This document shows positions 24,912 to 38,113 of a stretch of 64,000 bases of DNA, piece by piece. The stretch comes from Octopus sinensis (lineage: Eukaryota): contig NC_043001.1 in NCBI RefSeq assembly GCF_006345805.1, forward strand, positions 116,498,001 through 116,562,000. Direction: 5' to 3'. The notes beneath the pieces are model-generated. The model saw only the letters and a list, made by a program, of their open reading frames with translations, searched no databases and was not told the origin of the DNA. The position numbers were made by a program, and so were the translations under genes. The stretch's first letter is position 1, and each line of letters opens with the position of its first letter.

Positions 24912-25054
24912 ATAATCAAAATAAGCCACAAGGATATCCAGAGGTAATGCAGTACGATCGTTTCATGCGCCTCCATTTAATTCAATTAAATGGAGTTGCA
25001 TGAAACAATCGTACTGCATTACCTCTGGATATCCTTGTGGCTTATTTTGATTAT
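24912..25054. repeat. 143-bp near-perfect palindrome
   Basis: 71-bp arms around a single C at 24983, 3 mismatches; followed by about 88 bp of unique tail; both flanks are (CATA)n. Confidence 0.9.
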
Positions 25055-25985
25055 AATCACCCCATTTTGAATTATATGGGTAATATCATACTAAATTCTG
25101 GTGCCTTTAACTTAAGTACCATATTCATCTGAATCTAAATTTTACATACACACACACACACACATACATACATACATACATACATACATACATACATACA
25201 TACATACATACATACATACATACATACAAACAAACAAACAAACAAACAAACAAAGAATGGGTTTCTTATAATTTCTGTCTACAAAACCCACTTGCAAGTT
25301 ATTGATCAGTAAAAGATATTCATCGATGCAGAGAGACTGACCCTGAAATCATGTGATTGGGATGCAAGCTTTTTCCCATGCACAAAGTGGATCATTTTAT
25401 ATATTTTGGTCCTTATTGTAATAGAATTGATTATGGATTCAATACTAGTATGCAGCATTTTGGACAAGCGTTGTGTACTGCAGTTTCATATTGACCAATA
25501 TCTCTCAAATAGAATTTGGCAGACTGGAACCGTGCAGCAGCTTATATATATATATGAGTTTCTGTGCATGGGCTGATGAATATCAACAAAGAATGAAAAT
25601 GCCACTGCGGAACCTAAAAGAAGCAGTGCTGTTTGAACAAAGTCCTTTGAAGTTTATGTTCTTCACTAGATTACAGACACTCCCTTGTCACTTTCACTAT
25701 CAGAAATGCAGTGAGCCTATGATTGGTCTGTTAAAAAACTGTGACCAATGTCATTATTGATCAAATAGCGACATAATATATACAAAATAAAATGAAAGCC
25801 TGAGTTGAGGTTTTTTATTGTGTAGTTAAAATGTTGATGACAACTATCAGAAATTTTATTTGGTAAAGTAATTGGTAAATTTGTCCTATTCCTGAAGATT
25901 ATTGACATTGTAAACTACCAAACAGTCAATTACTAGTTAAGCTGGTACTGATGTAATGTGAGACAAGACTTTTTAATTAATTAAT

Positions 25986-26283
25986 CACGTGACCAACCAG
26001 ACCATCAGATGTTGTTACACATCGCTGGTCACAATGCATTCGCATTGTTTTAGCCTTCGAATGACGCCACCCCGCTGGCTAAGCGAGCAGGCCAACAGAA
26101 GAAAGAGTGGGAGAAAGTTGTGGTGAAAGAGTACAGCAGGGATCACCACCCCCTGCCGGAGCCTCATGGAGCTTTTAGGTGTTTTCGCTCAATAAACACT
26201 CACAACGCCCGGTCTGGGAATTGAAACCGCAAATCTGCGACCACGAGTCCGCTACCCTAACCACTAGGCCATTGCGCCTCCAC
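25986..26283 (-). mobile_element. SINE sharing the family-B head and core but with a different 3' half
   Basis: 26105-26283 matches family B; 25986-26104 differs; TSD AATTAATTAAT at 25975-25985 and 26284-26294. Confidence 0.8.
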
Positions 26284-26429
26284 AATTAATTAATATTACA
26301 CCTATATTGAGGAATAAAAAAGCCATTATCTTAATGATTCATCCTTTCAAGAAATGCAGGAAGAGATAACTCTCAGATATCAATATTAAGATTTAAATAT
26401 TTAATTCAAACAATATGGGCCATAGAGTG

Positions 26430-26461
<32 letters not shown>

Positions 26462-27085
26462 AAGAGAGAACGAGAGAGAAAGAGAGAGAAAGAATGGCCT
26501 TTAGTAAATACAGTGAAAACTCCAGTTATGTTTCTGTCTTGTAAAACATATGCCAAAACTTATATGCTAGCAGTACCCGTGAATATTTCGAAAAATTAAT
26601 GGTAAATTTATTATAACCTTTAGTTAAACTGCATATATCTACCATGTAAATAAGTGTGAATATTTGACAGAGTTGCACTTATGTGCATGTGTTAAGTGAT
26701 AGGTGATATAAAAACTGTGCTCAATTCTTTTTTTTTAATTACACTTTTCACTATCCACTCACCACCACCACCAACTCCAACACCATCAACTCTCTCTCTT
26801 TCCCTCTCTCTTCCTGCCTTCCTTTAACCTCATCATCAGAACATCACCCCTCTACTAAAATTATATTTCTAACTCTCCTTCTTTATATCTCTACTTTCAG
26901 CTAACTTTTTTAACTATGTAATAAATATTGTTCCTTCTACCTCACATCATGGACGCTTCTCTCTTCCTCTTTTTCTCTCTCCTTTTTCTCCCTCTTTCTC
27001 TCTCACTCTCTGCCTTACACTCTTTCTCTCCTTTTCTTTCTCCCTTTTTCTCTCACTCTTTGCCTCCTACTCACATCATGGACAA

Positions 27086-27482
27086 TGCAGGCATGGCTGT
27101 GTGCTTAAGAAGCTTGCTTTTCGACCACATGGTCTCAGGTTCAGTTTCACAGCATGGTACCTTAGATGCATGTCTTCTACTATAGCGTCAGGCTGATTAA
27201 TGCCTTGTGAGCAAATTTGGTAGATAGAAACTGAGTGGAAGCCTAGTGTGTGTGTGTGCATCTCTGTGTTTATCCCCCACACCACCTTCACCTCTTGATA
27301 CCTGGTGTTGGTTTGTTTACATCCCCATAACTTGTGGCTCAGCAAAAAAGCCAACAGAGTAAGTACCAAAATTTTTTTTTTAAATAAATGAAAACTGTGG
27401 TAGTTTCATTCACCTAAACCCTTCAAAGTAATGCATCGCCATGGCTGCAGTTCAATAACTGAAACAAGTTAAAAATAAAAGA
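27086..27482 (+). mobile_element. SINE family A (diverged)
   Basis: Collinear with family A. Confidence 0.75.
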
Positions 27483-27797
27483 TGATTTGTAACAAAACCA
27501 GAAGAGGGAGACAACTCAAAAGTCCATCTATCCATCTTCTCTGCTCAATATTCCTTTGAGAGTTGAGTCATCAGGCACCTCCACTTTCCTGCCAGAAGGG
27601 TCATTAGTCTTGCCAGGGGGATTCACAAACATGTCCGACAGAAACTATAGACATTATCCAACCATCTCATTCTTGGTATATTGCTAGGTTGTCTGATGGT
27701 AAGAGAATAAATGAAATGGTCAGCAAGAGTCTCAACAGCAATAGCTGGGTAATAACTGTTTGTACACCAATTTTTACATCAACAGCTTTATAGTAAA

Positions 27798-28170
27798 CTA
27801 GCAGTATCGCCCGGCGTTGCTCGGGTTTGTAAGGGAAATAACTATATAAGCATTTTTAGAGAGTTATAGCCAAAAAATAGCAAAAAATGGAAAAAAATTA
27901 TGGTAATTTTTTTTTCGTTGACTCATCGTAGACATGAGAGTTACTTCATATAATAGCGAAAAAATGCATTAAAGTGGAAAAAAATGATGGTAATTTTTTT
28001 TTAAATCGTAGACCCATCGTAGACGCGCGCTAATACCCAGAAGGGCTCGATATGAATGACGACTATAAGATACCCGGTTTTGGTTAAACTGCACCACAAA
28101 ATGTGGGAGTAGTTAGGAATCTAAATCGTAGGAGACAGATAGCACACAACCTTTCTTTTATATATAAAGA
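27798..28170 (-). mobile_element. Non-autonomous Helitron-type element (373 bp)
   Basis: A|TCTTTATATATAAA... at 28170; hairpin CCCGAGCAACGCCGGG followed by CTAG|T at 27798. Confidence 0.82.
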
Positions 28171-28281
28171 TGTTTGTACATCAATTGCTACAATTTTAAA
28201 ATATTTCATGAACAGTTTTCCACAAGAACAGTGAACCTCAACACAACAAAACATGTGTGTGTGTGTGTGTGTGTCTGTCTC

Positions 28282-28328
<47 letters not shown>

Positions 28329-28921
28329 CCATGACTTACAAACAAGGTTAATGACAAAAGATTTCTATTGTAACTTAAGTCAGTCACCTCACTCTACAAG
28401 TCTCACTCCAGTGAGCTGAAAGACAAACATTAACCTTGTGTCATTAATTAACTCTATTTCATATTATATTAGACTAGATTATGTATTTTATGAAGAATCC
28501 TGTTAATCGTAGGTTTCCAGTAGGTCAGTTATTGGTTCACAGGAGAGAGAAAGAGAGAGAGATGCTGTGAGAGAAGGGAGATGCATACATCTTTCACTGA
28601 TATACATTGTGAAAAGATAATCACATCACACAAACACACAACACTGTTTTAACAGCATTTGCATGTCACTGGACAAAACAGTGTACCGGGACTTACAATA
28701 GCTATTTACTGACAGCAAGCCACAGCATATATATATTCATAAACCCACCCACACTTAATAAGAAAACGTCTCACACTCCACCACAACAAACCAAACTATG
28801 TCTCTACATATCTTCCTCACATTTCCGTTTCATGCATTATGATTACCTCCCACACCCCAATCCTGTCTTCTTGGCCCTGTGCCACTGTATCATTGCTCTC
28901 CGCTAGCCCCCAACCTGTGCA

Positions 28922-29050
28922 TTCTACCCACATGCCCTGTCTCACTCTATTATTGCCATTTGCTGCCTCTGACCTGGGTGTTCTACCCACATGCCCTGTC
29001 TCACTCTATTATTGCCATCTGTCAGCCTCTGACCTGGGTGTTCTACCTAC
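28922..29050. repeat. 59-60-bp tandem repeat (about 2.2 copies) inside an unclassified interspersed repeat also present at about 45830-46150
   Basis: TTCTACCCACATGCCCTGTCTCACTCTATTATTGCC at 28922 and 28981; 29270-29425 aligns with 45890-46145. Confidence 0.7.
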
Positions 29051-30425
29051 ACGTAACAAGAAAACTTTTCCCTCACCCTACCTCAACAAACCAATCTACA
29101 TCTCCTCTTTCCCACATTTCCTCCTTCATACACTATGCCTAGCTCTCACTCCCCAATCCTGTCCTCACACCCCTGTTCCTCTGTATTATTACTATTAGGT
29201 AGCCCCTCCAACTCTATATATACCTAGGTCCTTCACCACTTACTCGCACTCTTTAACCACAGCTCCTTTCGCATTTGAACTTCAAGGGTTTGCCCTGGCA
29301 CTTGCCACCATCTACATCTCTCTCTTCCTTTACTCAACCATTCTCATTTATATTCTGATCCCCCATTCCTTGTGAGTATGCCTAACATTTTGCCACATTC
29401 CTGATCTTTCTCTCTCTGGCCAGGTAAATTACTCACCTCGCCTGTGCTTGTGCCACATAAAATACACTAAGTCCACTCTGCTGAGTGATTGATGTTAGGA
29501 AGGGCATCCAGCTATGAAAATCCTACCAAAACAGTCACAGAAGTCTGGTGCAAGCTTCAGCCTGGCCGGTTCTTGTGGTATCGTCCCACTCATGCTAGAG
29601 AGTAAATGATGATTAAGCCCCAACTTGTGGAGCACCAGAGCAACTGCCCAGTATGCCTATGCCTTAAGACAACATTGTGAGTGTATGTGTGTGTCTTTAG
29701 TACTGATATGTTAACAGTCACTCTATCTGGTTTAAAAGCAACACTTATAAACAGATATCTTGTAGATAGATGAATTGAGATCTCAACGAAAGATGAATTG
29801 GATACTTAACCAATGATGAGATCTCAACAAAAGATGAAACCAGTGAGACTGATCCCTCTTTTTCTGTCCATAAAGATATTGCACAAAGCTCAAGTTCTTT
29901 ACATCTGTCTATATACACAGTGTACAACACTATATTACACTATATTACAGCACACACTCACATACACATATACATACACACACACATACACATGCACACA
30001 CACCTGTACTTATGTTGTTTATAACAAACAAAAGTACTCAAAACATGATGTATAGTATAAATATTTATTCAGGTAATGCTTTTACTTTTAGTTCAAGAGT
30101 CATGAATAAGTGACCAATCAGAGGCTGTGTATATAACCCAGGGGCCTAATCTCACATCATCTCAAGCACTTCATATCTGAGTTTCACTGCTCTTCTATCA
30201 ACAACATTGTGACCATGATCAAGATACATAACTCTCCATGACTCTATCCATCTAGTTCATAGAATGGTTTAAGTCATTATTGGTGCATCATTTTGGTGCA
30301 GTGAATACTGTTCAATAGACACTGTTATTGAAAGAATTGATGCCAAGGAACAAAAAAAAAATCCCACAGATTTCCACTACTTCTACTAGCATTACCATCA
30401 TTTATTTCCTTTGTTTTCTATAGAA

Positions 30426-30467
<42 letters not shown>

Positions 30468-32744
30468 TTCTTCTTCATTGGCCACAAGGTCCCAATACAA
30501 AAATCATATAGGGACAATACAAAACAAGGGACAAGTGGGGTTTAAAACAGAAAACATGTAAACAATAAAAAACAAAAACAGTTAACAAAAAATCTAACAA
30601 CAAAATTCCCCAGTAGTGGGGAGTTCCACCCAGGGACAACCAGGGTACCCCACACATCCTGGTTACCCCGACTGCCAAGGGCATGCCAGGTAGGCACCCC
30701 TCTTACATGCAAATACTCCGGCTTGCAGACAAATATTCAGAGCAGGCCCATTCATACTAGCCATTTTCACAACATTCACCCATCTTTCAACAAAATTACT
30801 GGGGGGCAGTACTTCTCTCTCTACCCTCACTCTCCTTTTCAAGTAGAACTTGAAAAAGTCAATGAGGGCTCAGCCAAAGAGGAAAGTGTCTGTCTTCAGT
30901 TCTTTCAGCCTCGTCCACCACACTACTTCTTTCGCTATAGCCACCAGGCAGAAGAAAACTGCCTTTCCCTCCTGGCCAAAAGAAGGCGGTGGGGCGATCC
31001 TCACAATGGACTCAGCCAATAACCAGATCCATCCTACACATGACAACAGCTGTTCAACAAAGCTCTACACGTCAGGAATGCACAGACACTGGATAAGTGC
31101 ATGCAAGATGGTTTCATTGCCCTACGTACACCTTCGACGACGACGACAATAATTGCAGAACTGGAATGGCATGAACAGTACAGATGAGAAACCACAGTGC
31201 TGGTATGCACATGTCAATCAAACAAATAGACAAAACATGTTGCTGGAAGAGTAAGAAACTAGTAGAAGAGTGGTTGAGATGGGTTGAAAGTGGGATGAAG
31301 AGGAAGACTTGAAATGAAGGTATTAAATCAGACGATAGAGAAGTTAAGCTACACACAGATATGGCTTTAATGGAGACCTGGCCAGTATGGAGAGAAGTTT
31401 GTACATTAATGATGGTGGTGATTGAGATGATGATGGTGATCAGGAGGAGGAGGAGGAGGGGGAGGAGGAAAGGTGGTGGAGGGTAATGCCAAAGATGATG
31501 TAATTTTTCTAACATGAAATGATCAAAGGGAAATATTTCTCACTCTTGTTAAGCATTTGTCAGAATAGATAAACCAGAGAACCACTGTAGCCGTAGAACC
31601 ACTGCAGCCAGAGAACAATTGTAGCCATAAACGTACGCACACACACACACACGTGTGTGTAAACATATGCACACATGCGTGTGTAAACTTATGCACACAC
31701 ACATTACAATTTTAAAACTTTTCTTTTTCTCTTGCCTTCATAAAATTTTATGTATTAATATAAATTTTATATAATATATATTTATTTTCGCTATTATCCA
31801 TCTTTGAAAGGAAGCATCAAAAAATGAACATAAAATATATTTCAAAAAAGAAAAAAAAAATCAATAAATATTTGGGTTTGAGGATATATCCAAAATGATT
31901 AAAAGAACAATAAAAAAAATGCAGAAAAGAAAGCATTTAGAGATGGCAGTTGGGGTGGGGGCGAATGGCATTTATGAAAGAATCGTATTAAAGGATGTTT
32001 GTGAGATGGAACATTTCAATTAGGGCCTACAAATCTTACCATTCCAATGTCTGAAGAAAAATACAAGGTGATGAGGATTCATCAGATGCACATTTCATGT
32101 TTTGGTTGGGTTGTCAGACTACCAAGGATGAAGGGAATACAAAACTGTACCTGAATGTTTTTATTTAAATGTCATCTGTTATACAATCATGCGTACATTG
32201 AAAGATGGAGCAAATGGGGTTGATTGGCAACTACAAAGGGCTTCTACATGGATATTAAGATTCTAGGTGAATCTACCTCCAGGTCTCTTTTACACCCCGC
32301 CACCATCCCTCACACATACACAATTATCTATTCAAAGGTTTAAGATGGCTTTTCAATAACAAACTCGATATTTACTGGAAGAGTACATAATTCTTTAAAT
32401 GTGGTGAGTGTGTGTGTGGATGTGTGTGTGGATGTGTGTGTGTGTGTCAGTATGTTTCCTTTATGAGAGAAATAAGAGAACATTCTATAGAAATGGATTT
32501 TTTAGATTATCCACATCACCATTGTTATTGTTTTAACATCCACTTTTCCATTCTTGCATGGGTCAGACAGAATTCATTGAAACAGATTTTCTGTAACAGG
32601 ATACGTTTCCTGTTGCAGTCCATCTGTATTCAAACAAGGTAGTATTTTCCCATGGTCAGACATATTTCTGTGAAAAACAGGAAACGAAAAACGTTGCTTC
32701 TATGACAATGTCACTTATCTACAACTATTACGTGACATCATAAA

Positions 32745-32782
<38 letters not shown>

Positions 32783-32911
32783 ATATATACCTACATTTCA
32801 TAATTATTTCTTTATTAATGTTTGCTTTTATCTTCAGTTATAATAAAAACAATCTTACATTAATCCAATGGCTTAATCTATACTCTTGTAGAGCACAGAT
32901 TTATAGTTCTC

Positions 32912-33262
32912 GTGGATGCGCAATGGCCCAGTGGTTAGGGCAGCGGACTCGCGGTCGTAGGATCGCGGTTTCGATTCCCAGACCGGGCGTTGTGAGTGTT
33001 TATTGAGCGAAAACACCTAAAGCTCCACGAGGCTCTGGCAGGGGATGGTGTACTCTTTCACCACAACTTTCTCTCACTCTTTCTTGCTGTTTCTGTTGTA
33101 CCTGTATTTCAAAGTGTCACGCCGAATCTCCCCGAGAACTACATTAAGGGTACACGTGTCTGTGGAGTGTTCAGCCACTTACACGTTAATTTCACAAGCA
33201 GGCTGTTCCGTTGATTCGGATCAACCGGAACCCTCATCGTCGTAACCGACGGAGTGCTTCCA
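32912..33262 (+). mobile_element. SINE family B (internal deletions)
   Basis: Intact head; collinear with 15070-15454. Confidence 0.88.
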
Positions 33263-33789
33263 TTCCAGTTCTTAAACAAGAATGTTGTTGACAGTGACTT
33301 CAAAGTTTCAGCCAGTTGAACCACTGTTGGATACATACCTACATACAACAGGCTTCTTTCAGTTTCACCTACAAGGTTATATTCAGCCCAGGGCTATAGT
33401 AGAAGAAACTTGTCCAAGGTGCCCCACAGTGGGACTGAACCTGAAATCATGTGGTTGGGAAGTATACTTCATCATACAGCCATGCCTACACCTGACATAC
33501 AAACACATTTATGTTTATTATTTTAATTTAATTTTTATATACATTTTGTCTCTTTATATCCCTCTCACGTCAGTTAAAATAAAGTAACAATCAAGTACGG
33601 GGGCTGGCAACATTAGCTAACCCCTTTCTCTCAGAACTGCTGGCCTGGTTCCTAAATTATCAACCAACATTTTAATCTAATTCATAATTTTGCCGCGTAT
33701 TTGTGAATGTGTGTTGGTGAAGCTTGTTTATATTCATAAATTATGAAACTATGAGCATCCCATAGAATCAGGAATGAATTGGTAGCATC

Positions 33790-34203
33790 TACTCTTTTAC
33801 TCTTTACTCTCTTTTACTTGTTTCAGTCATTTGACTACGGCCATGCTGGAGCACCGCCTTTAATCGAGCAACTCGACCAGGGACTTATTCTTTTGTAAGC
33901 CCAGTACTTATTCTATCGGTCTCTTTTGCCGAACCGCCAAGTAACGGGGACATAAACACACCAGCATCGGTTGTCAAGCAATGCTAGGGGGACAAACACA
34001 GACACACAAACATATACACACACATACATATATATATATACATACATACGACAGGCTTCTTTCAGTTTCCGTCTACCAAATCCACTCACAAGGCTTTGGT
34101 CGGCCCGAGACTATAGTAGAAGACACTTGCCCAAGGTGCCACGCAGTGGGACTGAACCCGGAACCATGTGGTTGGTAAACAAGCTACTTGCCACACAGCC
34201 ATT
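33790..34203 (-). mobile_element. SINE family A (young)
   Basis: Nearly identical to 51462-51878; retains CpGs. Confidence 0.88.
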
Positions 34204-34204
34204 A

Positions 34205-34610
34205 TTTAACATCCGTTGTTCATGCTGGCATGGGTTGAAATGTTTAACCACAACTGGTAAGTTAGGGGGCTGCACCACACTCCAGTCTGATTTGGTATGG
34301 TTTCTATGGCTGGATGCCCTCTCCTAACACCAACCACTCTGAGAATGTAATGGGTGCTTTTACATGCTACCAGCATAGGTGCCAGTTGTGTGACACCAAT
34401 ATCTGCCACAACTATGATTTCACTTGGCTTGATGGGTCTTCTACTTAAGAACAGCATATTGCCAAAGGTCTCAGTCATTTGTCATTGCATCCGCGAAGGC
34501 CCAATGCTGAAAAGGTACTTTTTACATGACACCAGCATGGGTGCTTTGCCTCTGTGAGACCCAACACTCGAAAGGTGCTTTTTATGTGCCAATTATATGA
34601 CACTGGCATC
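34205..34610 (-). mobile_element. RTE 3' UTR and tail copy (degenerate)
   Basis: Reverse-complement tail plus several GCTTTTTACATG(C/A)CACC modules. Confidence 0.65.
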
Positions 34611-34656
34611 AAGCATGGCTATCATGCTTCCATTAATTTGGTTAGATGCCTATGTA

Positions 34657-34930
34657 CAAGGTGTTCAGAAAAATTAGACTGTTTACATAACAGGAAAAGC
34701 AAACAATATTCCATCCAAAAATAAAAGTATTTTTAAAAAATCAAAAATACATCAACTAGGTTATAGCTGGGAAATAAGTTTACTCCAAGTAGCCACTTTA
34801 GCTTCCACCATGGCCTCAAGACAGCTCCAGAATCGGATACATGCACTCCTCACTGTGTCCCTGGGAAGATCTTCGAACATCCAGATTACAAGTGAAACTT
34901 TATACTCAGATTCTACCATTGTACAGTAAG
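34657..34930 (-). mobile_element. 3' end of a Tc1/mariner (maT-like) element
   Basis: Minus strand ...FEDLPRDTVRSACIRFWSCLEAMVEAK resembles the DD37D transposase C-terminus; TA|CAAGGTGTTCAG terminus. A related end lies at about 42080-42236. Confidence 0.6.
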
Positions 34931-35583
34931 CTGTACAATGAATGAATGAAAATGTGTGTGTGTGTGTATGTGTGTGTGTGTGCATGCATGTATATATGTA
35001 TGTGTGTGTATGTTTGGACAAATAAATGTGTGTCTGTGTCAATCTTAGCTGTAATAAAATACTAGTGCTTCCTCTCAATAATCAGATCAGGAGATCCAAT
35101 GTAGAAAACATCAGGAAGAATTCTGTAAGTAAAATTCTTCCGAAATTGTTCGAATCATTGCTGGATAAATATACAGAAACATCAAACAAGTTGTAAATCT
35201 TACCCAACAGCTACCAGCTCCTGTTATAATTACAGATCTCTTCTGCTGGTTAATTTCTGTTTGATAGTCTGTAATCAAATTTTGCACATCAAAAAGTGTT
35301 AAGATATGCAATTGTGAATCAAATTTATCAAACCATTGTCTAATCTGTTATTTAGGTGATAGACTATTAGTCTGTTACTTGGTTCAACACCACCACCTGT
35401 CCCTTGGGTGCCGTTAGCAATGTCTATTCTTTTACAAGCATTTGGGTCAGAACTTCCATCTGAGAATGACCACCCATTATGTTGTTAAATGGAAGTAAAC
35501 ATTAAAGGATAGAGAAGCTTAAGTAATTGCATATGTCAAAAAGGCATAAGCCACAGATGTGAGTGTGTGTGTGTGTGTTCACA

Positions 35584-36998
35584 CAGGGTGTGTCAGGTTT
35601 TTGTGGTCTTTTGTATGAATTTAGTAAAAGACGCATAGCTCATCAAAGAAAAATTGAATTTGGAACAAAATCGGTACAAATAATCTAGAGAATTCTATTA
35701 CCCTCCCTATTCATTGAATGCACCATTAGCATCGATGGCTGGTTCAATATGGGGTTGGAAGTATTGATATGCCTGAATCAGATGATCATTATCAATTTGG
35801 ACAGTGCTGATTGTGGCAGACTTGGGAAATTGTATGGTGTTATGGAGGTGTTCATTGACTTCTCTCTCAACTATACCCCACACATAATAGTCCAGCAAAT
35901 TGAGTTCTGGTGAGCTAGGAGGTCGTGTGTCTGGTAGAACATGATAATAGAGATTGGCACACGTCCACACTTGTGTTATGAGATGGCATAGAGTCTTGTT
36001 GAAAGATATACAGTCTTCTGTCGTGTACTCTGTTTAGCCAGAGCCTCACAAATTTCTCCAACCTTTGTTTGATAATGGCCAAAGTATTCTGCCTGTTTTA
36101 TGTTCAACTGGCTAGATTGGTCTCTCACACCAACCTACAATATCGTTTAAAAATTAACAGCTACCTCATCAAAATCTCATAGCTACAAGATAATGCATGA
36201 TTAATTCAAAACAATGTGGATAAAAAAGGATTAATTTTGCAGAAAAGGTGAACACTAAAGGGTAAGCCTTGTAAAAAAAAAACAGGGGAGAGATAGCACC
36301 TCCACCATGGCTGATGACTCCCAGAACCATCACAGTTGCTGGGAACTTAGTATGCATAACCTTTGAAACTTCATTCAGGTTTTTGCATAACCATCTCTCA
36401 TTCCTTCAGTTTACCTTTTGGCTGGTCCTGATTGAAGTTTTTCTCATCAGAGAAAAATCAAAGCATTCCAGCCTCTCAGTGTTTTAACCTGTTTAGAAAG
36501 ATTTTGCATGGCTTGAACAATTCTCTCATGTCACATCCAATATAAACTGACCCCTCCATATCACATACGACTTGTACCAGATGTCCTTACGCACAATTCT
36601 GGTGGTGCATTCTGAACCCTTGAGGTCCTTTGCAATGGCTCTAATTGACCTTCAAGACTTTTTATCGATTATTTCTTAGACGTTTTATTGCAAAGTTATG
36701 TGTTCTGATGTTTTGGGACCTTGTGCATACGTTTTTGCTTTTAGCTGCTGACATTGAGTCCCTGTCAGTAGCTTCCAGCTCCCTTCACACTTTGACAACA
36801 AAGGATTGGGCAACTTCCAGGAAGCAAGCCATCTCTGTATCACTATGCTGTGTTTTTTAAAGCAATGATTACAGCATGCTTTTTCATTTTCTGAGTCAAA
36901 CTGATGTCTGACATTATTTATCTGAAAAATAAGGTAAAAAAATAAGTTAGAAGAAAGAGATCTTGAAAGGGGTGTCCTCAAGAAACTGACACACCCTG
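35584..36998 (-). mobile_element. Decayed DD37D(maT)-like transposon with an internal insertion
   Basis: TIR CAGGGTGTGTCAG at both ends, TA at 36999-37000; minus-strand motifs FFSDEKNF, KFPATVMVLGV, YIFQQDSMPSH, PPSSPELNLLDYYVW. About 140 bp at 36045-36250 belongs to the repeat seen at 45490-45690. Confidence 0.82.
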
Positions 36999-37810
36999 TA
37001 TAGTATACCAGTTGTTCAGTGTTAGAATGCTCACCGGTTATGCTGGCAGTCTAAGTTCAATTCCTTGTTGATGCAATTTAATTTTTGTCTTACCCCACTC
37101 ACACCAGAATAGAAAGAGGATGTTAAATTATGATGAAGATGATGATGATGTGTGTGTGTGTGTGAATACATCTATGCAAAGATGAATGCATGTGCACAGA
37201 TGCATATTCCTAAGCATGTGTGCATATGAAAAACTGGATGCAGAGGCTTATCAAAAAAGTGTGAATGTAAAGAGATTTACTAAGAGATAAGAAATCAATA
37301 AAGAAAGGGCAAACGGACAGACAGGCAAGCATATGGAACAACTAGAGAGATAAATCATTTTATATACCAATGTTATTGCTGTTTAACCCTAAGTCGGTCA
37401 TGACAGACCAGATCTAAGATGAAAACCATTACAGCTGTGACTATTATCTTTTTTTTTTTCAAATAGTGTATCCATGACTACATTGTTCAACGATTTTTCC
37501 TATTTAAGATGGTAGCATGTGATGTGAGGGAGATTTGGCAACTATTTCTCGAAGGTTTAGGGACCATCTAGAGGTTTTGTTGGTGGCTTTGATGAATGTA
37601 ATTATTTCATAGGTTAATTGACTCTAAAATAATCTCATTATTACTCTTCAAGTTCTCTAGAGGTAAGTCAACAAGTTTTTATGCAGGCAGGTGGAAAGAT
37701 GAGAGCGAAAATGTGTTGGAAATGGCAATATGAAAAAAAAAATAACAAGGAAAGACTGAGGGGAGCAGGGGCAAAAAGAAAAATAGGGAAGAAGAAAGAA
37801 TAGGAGGAGG

Positions 37811-38113
37811 GAAAGAAGAAGAAGAAGAAGAAGAAGAAGAAGAAGAAGAAGAAGAAGAATTAGAAGAAGAAATGAAGAAGAAGAAGAAGAAGAAGAAGAA
37901 GAAGAAGAAGAAGAATTAGAAGAAGAAATGAAAGAAGAAGAAGAAGAAGAAGAAGAAGAAGAAGAAGAAGAGAAGAGAAGAAGAAGAAGAAGAAGAAGAA
38001 AAAGAAGAAAAAGAAGAAAAAGAAGAAGAAAAAGAAGAAGAAGAAGAAGAAGAAGAAAGAAAAAAAGAAAAAGGAGAAGAAAAAGAAGAAGAAGAAGAAG
38101 AAGAAGAAGAAGA
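37811..38113. repeat. (GAA)n microsatellite
   Basis: Direct inspection. Confidence 0.95.

Noticed and set aside
27505-27700. Minus-strand peptide FLSDMFVNPPGKTNDPSGRKVEVPDDSTLKGILSREDG
   Set aside because: An overlapping frame has PRMRWLDNV, a typical LINE RT C-terminal motif; more likely a decayed LINE end than an exon.
32040-32150. Minus-strand GTAAGA donor with a possible 11-nt micro-exon
   Set aside because: Longer versions have stops in all frames; an 11-nt exon cannot be supported from sequence alone.
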